Part shown: piece by piece, positions 52,439-64,000 of the stretch | Numbering within the stretch: position 1 is the stretch's first letter | Layout: the number at the start of each line of letters is the position of its first letter | NCBI GenBank assembly: GCA_964016885.1 | Contig: OZ024742.1 | Coordinates: 347,200,001-347,264,000 of the forward strand | Origin: Eledone cirrhosa | Lineage: Eukaryota | Length of the DNA stretch: 64,000 bases | Direction: 5' to 3' | Program-made: the position numbers and the translations under genes | Notes under the pieces: generated by a model | Seen by the model: only the letters and a program-made list of their open reading frames with translations | What the model was told of the DNA's origin: nothing | Database searches by the model: none

Positions 52439-53500
52439 ATTATTAAAAATATATCTAGTAATTATTTTCTTGAAATCAATGTGAATCTTGACATTGTATG
52501 TCTGTAGCAACCTTTGACATAATCAGCTTCAGAATTCCTAATAGCTAAAGACAGCTACTGAGAGGGTTGTTAGTCATTTTTGTGTTCGATATTTAGATTT
52601 AATATGATTCACGTGAGAAAAAGATACTTTATATGAGCATGTAGTAGGAAAACATGACAAAATTCGATGATAATCATCAATCAATTTGTAGAAACTTGTC
52701 AGAACTCACTAACCTCCATTTTATCAGAATTTTGGTGCAAATTTCTTAAACCATGTCATTTTGTAAATCAATAATTTACATCTGTAAATCACCAACATCC
52801 AACTTAAATGACATTCCAGTTTATTTTATTCACATACATTTTTCTGGGTTATTTGCATCAAATTGGTGAAGGCTCATGTCTTAGTGGTTAGGGTATTCAG
52901 CTTACAATTGTAAAGATGTGAGTTCAATTCTGAGTTGTATTTTTATAATATAATAATATAATTTTTTTAGACATGCTGACTCATATGTGCATATGTGTGT
53001 GTGCATGTGTGTATGTGCATATGCATACATTTATATGTGTGAGTATCACGCAAACACAGACACACTTACAAAAATACACTCTCACAGACATACATTCACA
53101 CACATTCACACAAACATGCACACAAACACACAAACACACACATACATTTACATAAACACACATACACATACACTCACACACAGCATAGCAAATGAAACGC
53201 CAGCCGATGTTTTGCTATAGTATTTTCACCATCCCTTTCCTTCCTTTTACAAACACACATTATGTGACAGACGGGAGTTGCTCAAATGTATATATAATAT
53301 AATGAAAATTATTGTGTACAGTGCTCAGGTGCACTACACATACATATACACAGATATACACGGAATATAAACAACACACACACAGTAGCACCACTGATAG
53401 ACCCAGTCTGACACCAGTTCTACACCCCACCCACATGCCCAACTACTTACACCCCTACTAACCTGTTCATCTCACCCCATGTGATAAGCCCCTCCACCTC

Positions 53501-54099
53501 CTATGGAAGAGACCAAGTCTGTTATATTTTTAATTTTTACCTTATAATCTAATATTCATTTAACTGTGTTGTAATATCTGTTAAAAATGGTAGATTTTTT
53601 AAGCTATTCCATATCTTCAAGGTCATATATTCATCTTTTCTGTTATTAACAATCTAAAACATAACTGAAATATGTGTTTTTACTTATTTCTTGTTCACAA
53701 TTTACCTGTTTTGATTGAGTTATTCTCTACAATCAATGAATATGTATACCTAGTGGTTAACGTGTTCAGCTTATGATTGTAAGGTTATAAGTTTGAGTCC
53801 AAACAATGCTCTCTCTCTCTCTACCTATCTATCTCTCTCTCACTCTCTCTCTCTCTCTCACTCTCTCTCTCTCTACCTATCTATCTCTCACTCTCTCTAT
53901 ATATATATATATTATATATATATTTGTGGTAAGGTTGCTTGGATGTGTCCATAGGCTGTATGCTGGTTGAGCACTTGCGAATCTAGAGTCAGGTTCGATC
54001 CACAAACAGATCGCACCTCGAACTGTTGCCGGAGAAACATTTGTAATACGTAATAAATTTGTGTTCCGATGCATCACAGATTCATTTTCCATATTATAT

Positions 54100-54156
<57 letters not shown>

Positions 54157-54822
54157 ATCAGGTTTGTTCCGACACATTGAGATGGTTGATCTCTGACAAG
54201 TTTAAATAATTCCATAAAGAGTTTAGGCTCCATAGATGGTTTGGATTAAAAATTATTTCACAAAAAAGAGAGAGCACAGTCCAATTATTCTCCTCTCCCT
54301 CGCAACAAATACCCAAAGAGAACTGTTAAAGTCATTAAATCTCTTTTGAAGTTGCCTCTCTATGTTTTCTAAAAAAAAAAATCAAAAACTGTAAATTCCT
54401 CATAATTATCATGGCTTGTGTTTGAAGTTGAATTCTTATCAGAGTCTTTTTTAATAGTTTTAAAAAAGAGTGAAAATAATGTTTTTTGCAAAGCTGAGTT
54501 ATCCACAAAGCTAATATCATTTTTTTTTAATTTATGGAAGAGACCAAGTCTGTTATATTTTTAATTTTTATCTTATAATCTAATATTCATTTGTAATATC
54601 TGTCAAAAATGGCAGATTTTTAAGCTATTCCATATCTTCAAGGTCATATATTCATATTTTCTGTTATTAAGAATTTAAAACATAACTGAAATATGTGTTT
54701 TTACTTATTTCTTGTTCACAATTTACCTGTTTTGATTGAGTTATTCTCTACAATCAATGAATATGGGTACCTTAGTGGTTACAGTGTTCAGCTTATGATT
54801 GTAAGGTTATAAGTTTGAGTCC
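53501..54822. repeat. About 290-bp direct repeat (53501-53800 and 54533-54822) ending in a SINE B head
   Basis: tatggaagagaccaagtctg...gtttgagtcc in both copies. Confidence 0.85.
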
Positions 54823-55089
54823 AGGGCTAGGTGGCATGTTATATCCTTGAGCAAGACACTTTATTTCATGTTCACTCAACTGAAAAAAAAGGAGTTGTAC
54901 CTGTAATTCAAAAGGGTAGCATGGTCACACATTGTATCATGCTGAATCTCCCTGAGAACTACGTTAAGGGTACACATGTCTGTGGAATACTCAGCCACTA
55001 TAATACAAGATGGATTGTAGCTGTAATTCAAAAGGCGAGCCTAGTCACACATAGTGTCATGTTGAATCTTCCTGAGAACTATGTTAAGG

Positions 55090-55247
55090 CAGGGCCGTCT
55101 TAATGCATGGGCACGCTGGGCAGTTGCCCGGGGGCCCCACGAGGATAGGGGGCCCATTTGTATTTTATTCCTGTGAGTGGTTGTGTAGGTAGGGGCTCCA
55201 GTGCTCTGCTTTGCCCGGGGGCCTATAATGCTGTTAAGACGGCCCTA
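55090..55247. mobile_element. hAT-type MITE inserted in a SINE tail
   Basis: TIR AGGGCCGTCTTAA / TTAAGACGGCCCT; 8-bp TSD TGTTAAGG. Confidence 0.85.
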
Positions 55248-56169
55248 TGTTAAGGGTACACATATTTGTGGAATGCTCAGCCACTTGCATGTCAATATTA
55301 TGAGCAGGATATTTGATTGTTTGAACAACTGGAACACATGCCATCAGATAATCCCTGTGTATTAGTGGTTAGGGTGTTGGGAGTTTAGCAGAAGGTTGGG
55401 AGTTTAGCAGAAAAATAATATTAGCTTGGCATAATATTAATAAGAAAGAATATATTGTTGTTAGAATATTGTTGTAAGAATGAATTATTGTTGTTATTTG
55501 TTATAGTGAGAAATGTAACGTTAAGTGAGAGAGACAAGGTTAGCCGTAAAGTGAATGTTTGTTGAAGTAGTTGTAGTTCAGTTGTAGGTTTTGTAGAAAA
55601 TATTACGAGACTTTATAATATTTTACAAGTTTTATTTACAACCAATTACAAAAGTTAGGCTGGGTTGACAAGTCAAAGAAAAGAACAAATAAAATCAAGA
55701 GTTTTAAGAAGTAAAGAAAGGCGCTGTGCCAGGCCGAAAGAGGCCGACAGGCCAAAGTGAAAATCTCAGTGTTACATAATTGCATGTTGACCTTTCAGAG
55801 TCCAAAGCAGCAAGAGGCTAGTTTAAACCAAAGAAGAGGGAAAATCTTTGAGTTGGCGGAAGTTGATATATATCCATATGCAGCTTACAATTGGTCTGAC
55901 TTTAGCCAAATCACGCCTGGATAGATTATCAATACACGCCATGCAAGTAGATCTGCTACAGGAGTTTGATTCCAAGACCAGGTATTGCGTTGTATTCTTT
56001 CTTAAACAAGACACGTTATTTCATATCGCTCCAGTCCACTCAGTTGGGGGAAAAAATTTGTTGTACTTGTAATTCAAGCGGCCAGCCTTGTCACACACTA
56101 TGAGAACTAGATGAAGGGTGCACCTGTCTGCAGAATGCTCAGTCACTTACATGTTAATTTCATAGATAG

Positions 56170-56395
56170 AACGTGGTTAGAATATCTCAGGAAAGTATCA
56201 CTGGACAGATTTTACAGGCAAAAACCAACTGGCGGGAGACCCAGGGTAGACTCCGAGCAAGATGGTTGGATAACATCCATCAGCTTGGCTGGTCTCCCTT
56301 GGGGATCCAGCCGGATCAGTTGGAGACGGTTGCTTCTGACAGGACCCACTGGAAGAAGTGTTTGAGGATTCTGCCCCTATGACCCTCTCAGGAGT
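56170..56395 (+). mobile_element. RTE-like LINE 3' fragment
   Basis: Paralog of 19380-19725. Confidence 0.7.
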
Positions 56396-56962
56396 TATCG
56401 CACATAATATCGAATCTATGAAATTTTGTTATTATCTATTTTAAAAATAATACCTTGACATCAGTATGAGTGGCTAGTTACAGTCGGTTTGAATAGAAAG
56501 AGCTGACAGAATTCTGGCCGGATATGGCCAGTTTAAATGCTAAAGGGTTAAAATGAACTCTACCACTCTAGTGTTCTGTGAAGATGACACAAATTGATGT
56601 AATGACATCAGCTAAAAAAATTGAGTTGTACCTGTAATTTAAAAGGCCAGCCTTGTCACACACTGCGTCACATTGGATCTCCCTGAGAACTATATTAAGG
56701 GAACATATGTCCATAGGATGCTCAGTCACTTACAATAGGCTAAAACATTTAATCCTATCGAATTTTATAAACTTTTATCCAAATATACAGGTGGTGAATT
56801 TGTAGTCATTAGAACATTGGACAGACTGAGGTCTTCACTCTGGCTGAGATCTGAAGTCAAATCATGCCAAGGCCAACTTTGATTTTCATCCTTTAGAGGT
56901 TAATAAATATAGTACAAATCCAGTACAGGTCTTAATGTTCCCTCTAAATCTCTTTCTCACTT

Positions 56963-57041
<79 letters not shown>

Positions 57042-57298
57042 TCTCTGGACAAAATTGGCTGTGTTTAGACATGGAGTAGAATGGACTCCATCAGGTTTAA
57101 CACTTTAGCATTTACAACGGCCATATCCAGCCAGAATTCTCTCACCTCCCTCTGTTCAAACCAGCTGTAACTGGCCACTCATACATATGTTAAAGTATTG
57201 TTCTTAAAATAAATATCAAAATCTCATAGATTCAATATTATGTGAGATAAAGCCTTTACTCCGAAAATACAATAGTATATATAGAGTAAAGGGTTAAA
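56395..57298. mobile_element. Two oppositely oriented copies of a TTAA-flanked (piggyBac-like) MITE (56395-56551 and 57097-57298)
   Basis: Ends gctaaagggTTAA and TTAAcactttagc; bodies are diverged reverse complements. Confidence 0.6.
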
Positions 57299-58124
57299 AT
57301 ACCCAAGAAATGCCATCCATATGTCATCACTATTGCACCCCTATGACTTCAACAAATAAGCATGGTTTTAAATCTTAATGTCCTGAACCACATGAAGCTG
57401 CATTAGAAAAATATTCTTAAAAAGTACAAAACATCAATATGACTGCTTCACATGAAAAAAATCAATGCTGGACATTTTTACAAGGGTCTGTCCACTGGTG
57501 AAGATGTTACAAACATTTACATTGACAAATCTGCTTTTTTTAGGAGGTAGGGTAGGAATTTAGGGAAATGTTGCTGCTATTTCTAGCAGGTTTGGCGGCT
57601 ACATATAGATTCCTTTATTGGCTCAAATAAATAGCAGTAATATACTGGTGTTGTATCAAGTGATTTTATTGATCCACATTGAAAATATAAAAATAAAGTA
57701 GGGGGACATTTTGTGTGGATGAATCAATATTATAATATAAATTGAGGTAAAATGGGAGTTGTGTTGATGTCAGCTATAGCTTAGTGTTTTTTGGGGGGTA
57801 GTGGTGAGGAGGGGGGGGTGATAAAAGCACAGGAGGGGAGGAGGGTGTGATAAAAGCACAGGAGGAGGAGGTGGAATAGGAAGGATTAAAAATAATCTGA
57901 AGAAGTGATACAACATTGATCGTATCTTAGTGTTTTCCATTCAGCAGATTTCACCTTTAACCCCCCGGGGGGTGGGGGGGACTGAGTCAACGGAAGATGA
58001 GGAAATGAGTAAAATATTGATTAAAAACACAAATTTAGGCTAATTAGAAAATTCCTATTTAAATTAGTCAGGGGAACGTTAATGAAATGACAAGAGTATA
58101 TAAGAGAAGGTATTATTGTAACAC

Positions 58125-59455
58125 ATTTCTCTCTATCACACACACACTCACACACTCTCTCTCTCTCTCTATCACACACACACTCTCTCTCTCTCTATCA
58201 CACACACTCTCTCTCTATCACACACACACTCTCTCTCTCTCTATCACACACACTCTCTCTCTCTCTATCACACACACACTCTCTCTCTCTCTATCACACA
58301 CACTCTCTCTCTATCACACACACACTCTCTCTCTCTCTATCACACACACTCTCTCTCTCTCTATCACACACACACTCTCTCTCTCTCTATCACACACACT
58401 CTCTCTCTCTCTATCACACACACACTCTCTCTCTCACACACACTCTCTCTCTCTCTATCACACACACACTCTCTCTCTCTCTATCACACACACTCTCTCT
58501 CTCTCTATCACACACACACTCTCTCTCTCACACACACTCTCTCTCTCTCTATCACACACACACTCTCTCTCTCACACACACTCTCTCTCTCTCTCTATCA
58601 CACACACACTCACACACACACACTCTCTCTCTCTCTATCACACACACTCTCTCTCACACACACACACTCTCTCTCTCTCACACTATCTCTCCCTCACACA
58701 CACTCTCTCTCTCACACACACTCTCTCTCTCTCACACTCTCTCTCCCTCACACACACTCTCTCTCTCTCTCACACACACACTCTCTCTCTCTCACACTCT
58801 CTCACGCACACACTCTCTCTCTCACACTCTCTCACACACTCTCTCTCTCACACACACACTCTCTCTCTCTCACACTCTCACTCACACACTCTCTCTCTCT
58901 CACACTCTCTCACACACACACTTTCTCTCTCTCTCACACTCTCTCGCACACACTCTCTCTCACACACACACACTCTCTCTCTCACTCTCACACACACACA
59001 CTCTCTCTCTCACACACACTCTCTCTCACACACACACACTCTCTCTCTCACTCTCACACACACACACTCTCTCTCTCACACTCTCTCACACACACACTCT
59101 CTCTCTCTCACACTCTCTCACGCACACACTCTCTCTCTCACACTCTCACACACACACTCTCTCTCACACTCACTCACACACACTCTCACTCTCACACACA
59201 CACTATCTCTCTCTCTCACTCTCTCACACACACTTTCTCTCTCACACACACTCTCTCTCTCCCACACACTCTCTCTCTCTCACACACACTCTCTCTCTCA
59301 CACACTCTCTCTCCCTCGCACACTCTCTCTCACACTCACACTCTCTCTTACACACACTCCCTCTCTCTCACACACACTCTACACTCTCTCTCTCACACTC
59401 ACACTCTCTCTCACACACACTCCCTCTCTCTCACACACTCACAAACACACCCTCT
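58125..59455. repeat. (CT)n/(CA)n compound low-complexity repeat
   Basis: Direct reading. Confidence 0.95.
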
Positions 59456-59682
59456 GATTTCCTTCTTTCTCTCATCTCTCTCCCTTTTTCTCTCTCACTC
59501 TGACCTTTTCTTCTTTCTATTTCTCCCTTTTTTTCTTTCTCAATCACATTCTCTCTCCCTCTCTCTCCCACACTCTCTCATTCACTAACTCTTTCTCATG
59601 TAATCTATCTTATATGTCAATCTACTTGTCTGTCACTCTATCTATTTATCTATTATCTCTCTCTCTCTCTTTCTCTCTCTCT

Positions 59683-60325
59683 TGAGGTATATGATTTTTA
59701 ATGCAATGAAATATCTATGATCGTCGGCAAATCACTGATGAGGGACTCATTTTATTACATGTTATCCATGTGCAACCTGCAGTATTCTTCTCCCCATTTT
59801 TTCACATATATTTACCTAAACTGCGATTCTGTTTTTTTCTCTCTCTCTCTCTCTCTTACTGCTCCCTCGTTCTCTCTGTTTCTCCTACTTTCTTTCGCCC
59901 CCTCTGTCATGTCAGTTAACTCTTCCTCACACTTCCACTCACTCACTTACTGTTTCTCCCCTTCTCACTTCACCCCGTTCGCGACGAAAACATTTTCTCT
60001 CTTTCTCACATTTGGATTCATCCCGAAAGGTCTTTTTTCTAAGCGCTCATATATTCACCTAGCTTATGCTAACAGAATAACTATGTAGCTTGTTCCCTTC
60101 CTCTCTACGGTTAGCTCTCCTCTTTGTTGTTATCTTGTCTCACTCGCTTTACGCGTTTTAATTGTCCTAATAACTTAATTTAGTTATTGCACCGACGTGA
60201 GGTATATGATTTTTAATGCAATGAAATATCTATGATCGTCGGCAAATCACTGATGAGGGACTCATTTTATTACATGTTATCCATGTGCAACCTGCAGTAT
60301 TCTTCTCCCCATTTTTTCACATATA
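59683..60325. repeat. About 125-bp near-identical direct repeat (59683-59810 and 60198-60325)
   Basis: tgaggtatatgattttt...ttttcacatatat twice, about 515 bp apart. Confidence 0.85.
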
Positions 60326-60995
60326 TATATATATATATAGGCTTTAAAATGGAATGAGAATAAGAAGAAAATAAGAATGGGGTAGTTTTCCTCATCAGTT
60401 GTCTACTGGGGGGTCTTGGATATTCCAACGCTTTAAAAACAATATATCTACCCCCAGGGCGTTCGATAACTGGGTAAGTTATTGGGAAAATGGAGGAGGG
60501 AGAGTAGGAAAATAGAAAGCAAAAGGGGGAAAAGGGGAAGAAAAGAGAAAACAGCGAAAAAAACAACAAACCGAAGAATGTGCAGCAACTGAAGGTAAGA
60601 GAATCCAAGACCACAGCGGTAACTGAACTTAAGTTGGAGTGCGTGTGGACGAACGAAAGGACACAACTGACTCCAGCGAGTGTAAGTGAGAAAAGGACTG
60701 CTAGAGGGTCAGGCGAAGGAAACAATGAGGTGACTGGCAGAGAGAGGGTGAGTGAAAGTGAGAGGGAGAAAGGGAAAGGAAGAAAGAGGTGGAAGACTAG
60801 ATAGTAATGAAATAGGTTAGGTAGAAAGAGAGAGAAGACGGGTCACAGCGAAACATGATAAAATATATGGAGAACAGGATTGGCTGTGTAGTTGCTAGTT
60901 AAAGTAGGCTTAAAATTGGAATGAGAATATGAAGAAAGCAAGAATGGGGGGGGGAGTTTTCCTCATCAGTTGTCTACTGGAGGTCTCGGATATTA

Positions 60996-62127
60996 AAGTG
61001 AGAGTAGGTATGGAGTTTAGTGGGGAATTCCAGATACGAGTAGGTGTACATTAGGGTTCAGTCCTCAGCCCGCTCTTGTTCATTATAGTCCTCCAAGCCA
61101 TAACAGAGTAGTTTAAGACTGGATGCCCATGGGAACTTCTCTATGCTGATGATCTGGTTCTTATAGCAGAATCAGTAGAGGAGCTAGAGAATAAATTCTG
61201 GCTATAGAAACAGCAGTTGGAATCAAGAGGACTGAGAGTGAACATAGCTAAGACAAAAGTGTTGATAAGTAGAAGAGAGGACAAAACTCTGATTCCATCA
61301 GGGAAATGGCCATGTTCGATATGCAGAAAAGGAACTGGCATAAATTCTATAAAATGTACGCAAGGCAGATCTTGGATAGACAATAGATGTAGTGGGATAG
61401 CAGGCAAACTAACAGGTAGGGAAAACTATGTATGCAGTAGATGTTCATGGAAAGTTGGCAGTATTAATCGCAGTGATAGACACATTTTTCCAATGCAGGT
61501 AGGTTCTATAGAAGTGGTTGATAGCTTCCGGTACCTAGGTGATCAGATTAGCATGGGAGAGGGGTGTTCCGAAGCCATAGTATCTAGAATAAGGACAGGT
61601 TGGAAGAAGTTTAGGGAGCTGCTTTCTTTGTTGACAAAGAAGGGTTTCTCCCTGCGTACGAAAGGATGGTTGTATGATGCCTGTGTGAGGAGCGCGATGC
61701 TGCATGGTAGTGAGACATGGGCAGCAACTGCAGAGGATATGCGATGGCTGGAGAGAAATGAAGCAAGGATGCTCCGTTGGATGTGCAACGACCAAGCATA
61801 GACGAGTTGAGAAAGAAACTGGGTATAAGAGAGATAAGTTGTGGTGTGCAGGAGAGAAGGCCGAGATGGTAAAGACATGTGATGCGCATGGAGGATGACC
61901 ACTGGGTAAAGAAGTGCCAAGAAATCCCAGTAGAAGGAAGACGCAGTAGAGGTACACCACGTAAAACATGGACGGAGGTGGTGAGAGCAGACCTCAGATC
62001 GCTGAAGCTCACGGTGGAGACGACGAAGGACTGTGGCAAGTGGAGAGATGCTGTGCTGAATAGGACTCGTCCAACCTTTGCAAGCAGGGAAAAGCGCACG
62101 TAAAATGATGGTGATGATGATGATGAT
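60996..62127 (+). mobile_element. RTE LINE (second subfamily), 3' portion
   Basis: YADD region, PHD remnant, FRYLGD, (TGA)n tail. Confidence 0.92.
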
Positions 62128-62144
62128 TGTATGTATGTATGTAT

Positions 62145-63300
62145 GTTTTCTCTTTCTCTTAATTTCGAGTATATTTGTTTGACCGGCCACCTTCCTGGTG
62201 GCAAGGTTGTAAAAGAAAAGAAATTGTCCTCCCTTGAATCGCAAGAATGTTTTGCAAATTTTGAAGGTGCCAGCTATCGCAGCCATTTGTAGACTGTGAA
62301 TTAGGGAGCTGCGCTTTTTGTCCGCAAATCCAAGTTCAGTCATACTTTGGTCCAAGCGGGTTGGTATATAACCCGTAGCTCCAATAATGATGGGTATGAA
62401 GCTAAAGGTGTATCTTGGATACTGGATTTGTAAACTCCTCATCAATGGTCCGTAGATGTCCTCCTTCTCCTGTATTTTTCTGACAACGTTCACATCAAGT
62501 GGGCAGCTGATCTCCACAACAGAACACGTTTTCAATGTGTGGTCCCAAACAACAATATCAGGTCGGTTGTGCTTTAATTTGGTGGCAGTTTTTATTTTCA
62601 GGTTCCACCAGTATTCCTTAGTGCCATCTGTCTCAATATATTCTTCCTCGTTTGTTGTTAATTTTGTTTTCCGAAGTGCGTTCCAGATGGTTCTAGCTAT
62701 CCCATCGTGTCTCATGGGGAGGTAGTAGCGAGATGACATTCTTTCGCAGCTGGCAACAATGTGGCTTACATCTTCGATCTTTGTTTTACATAGCCTACAT
62801 TTATTGTCAGCTGCTGACCCTCCTCTTTTGTGCAGCAGATATTTGGTAGGGAGTTCTTGTTCCTGTATTGCATAGAGATGTCATAAACTTTTCGGAACTC
62901 CATGCCAGGCTTTTTTATCCCCTCTATGGTCTGTGTTTTACGCCTCAAGTATCCATGCACAACTTTTTCTGTAAATTGGTCAATTTTGTTATCTTGTTTG
63001 AACATTGAATAGGATCTTCCGATTTCTCTGGGTGAGAGATTTATATCAGGCTTTATTCCATATCTCTCCTCCAGATCAGTCGCTATTCTAATGATATTTT
63101 TTTTTTCATGCTCATAAACCTGGGCAAGATGGTTGCCAACCTTTTTCCTCTGTTGAAGGTGTTGCTTCAGTGTTACTATCCGGGTCTCATATGCTGTTAA
63201 TATTGATTTTAGACCCCGGCCACCTTCCTTGCGTGAGAAGTATAGCCTATCCACCTTCCTTGCGTGAGAAGTATAGCCTATCCACATCACCATTGATGGA
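62145..63300 (-). mobile_element. R4/Dong-clade non-LTR retrotransposon 3' fragment with restriction-like endonuclease
   Basis: RLY..RKEGGRGL, CCHC knuckle CRLC..H..C, RHD, HNRPDIVV, EISCP..EK..Y, IPIIIGATG; ends at (CATA)n. Confidence 0.9.
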
Positions 63301-63308
63301 TAGAAACT

Positions 63309-64000
63309 AAGCTTGCATGCTCCGCTGGATGTGTAATAGTAATATACGTGAACGGCAAAGCATAAACGAACTAAGGGAGAAATTAGGAATAAGAGGGATC
63401 AGATGTTGTTTACTTGAGAGAAGACTACGTTGGTACGGACACGTGATGCACATGAAAGACGACAGCTGTATAAAAAAGTGCAGGGCGATAAAAATAGACG
63501 GTAGCCACGGAGTAGGCAGACCCAGAAAAACCTGGGACGACTTGATAAATTCCGACCTCACACACTTACACCTCTCCAAGACAATGTCACTGGACCGGGA
63601 GCTTTGGCGCTACACAGTTATACAGAAGACCTGCCTTGCCTAAGTACAAATCAAAACCTACAGTCAGTAGGCACCTCCAACAAAATACACCCCCGTCCCA
63701 CTACCCCCACCCTATCCACACCAACCCCCTTAAATGTGAAGTTATGTTGGTACCACAACATCCAGTCCGAAACAAATGAGGTCGTGTAGGTGTCACAACA
63801 AAAAAAAACACACAGTCCACGCTGTAATGTGGCCGTGTAGGTAACGTAGAAAACCTGCCAGACGCTGTAACTGTAATGTTGCCGTGTAGGTAACACGGTA
63901 AAAACCTCCCAGTCCACATTGTAAACGTGGTTGGTGTTAGGAAGGGCATCCAGCTGTAGAAAACCCGCCAGACAGTCCTATACGAGCAGGACAACCAATC
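63309..64000 (+). mobile_element. RTE LINE 3' fragment (same subfamily as 29952-32413)
   Basis: [15 protein letters not shown]...RLRWYGHV and 3' UTR. Confidence 0.92.

Noticed and set aside
53955-54055. Decayed hammerhead (GAAA-CAUUUG-UA-AUAC)
   Set aside because: 5' core reads CUGGUUGA; too degenerate to call
55514-55776. Solo LTR (TGTAAC...GTTACA)
   Set aside because: No target-site duplication and no paralog in the window
58087-59457. 456-aa Ser/Leu/His/Thr ORF
   Set aside because: Translation of a (CT)/(CA) compound microsatellite
61543-62739. 398-aa ORF as a single protein
   Set aside because: Only the first roughly 170 aa are R4 endonuclease; the rest is read-through into antisense RTE

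Overview
Gene-poor, AT-rich, microsatellite-dense animal DNA made almost entirely of transposable elements. The mix of RTE LINEs, tRNA SINEs and (TA)n/(CA)n tracts resembles an octopod cephalopod genome (inference). Recognisable contents: six RTE-clade LINE copies (one 5'-truncated copy with an uninterrupted RT ORF carrying a PHD-type finger), a complete but pseudogenised Buster-type hAT (TIRs, 8-bp TSD), a young non-coding LTR retroelement (tRNA-Trp-like PBS, PPT, 4-bp TSD), an internally deleted maT (DD37D) element, an R4/Dong LINE fragment, a Naiad-type Penelope GIY-YIG fragment, a head-to-tail Helitron array, MITEs, SINEs and one probable host terminal exon (TBC1D15/17/21-like). The most notable signal not shown by the ORF track is a set of type I hammerhead ribozymes (HHRs) at about seven loci, in several unrelated non-coding elements, often in inverted pairs. 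The best case is a 521-nt non-coding unit (29050-29570) whose two ends coincide with the ribozyme cleavage site and which also occurs as a circularly permuted inverted copy, i.e. a candidate retrozyme with a circular RNA intermediate. All structures were read by eye; none has been checked computationally.
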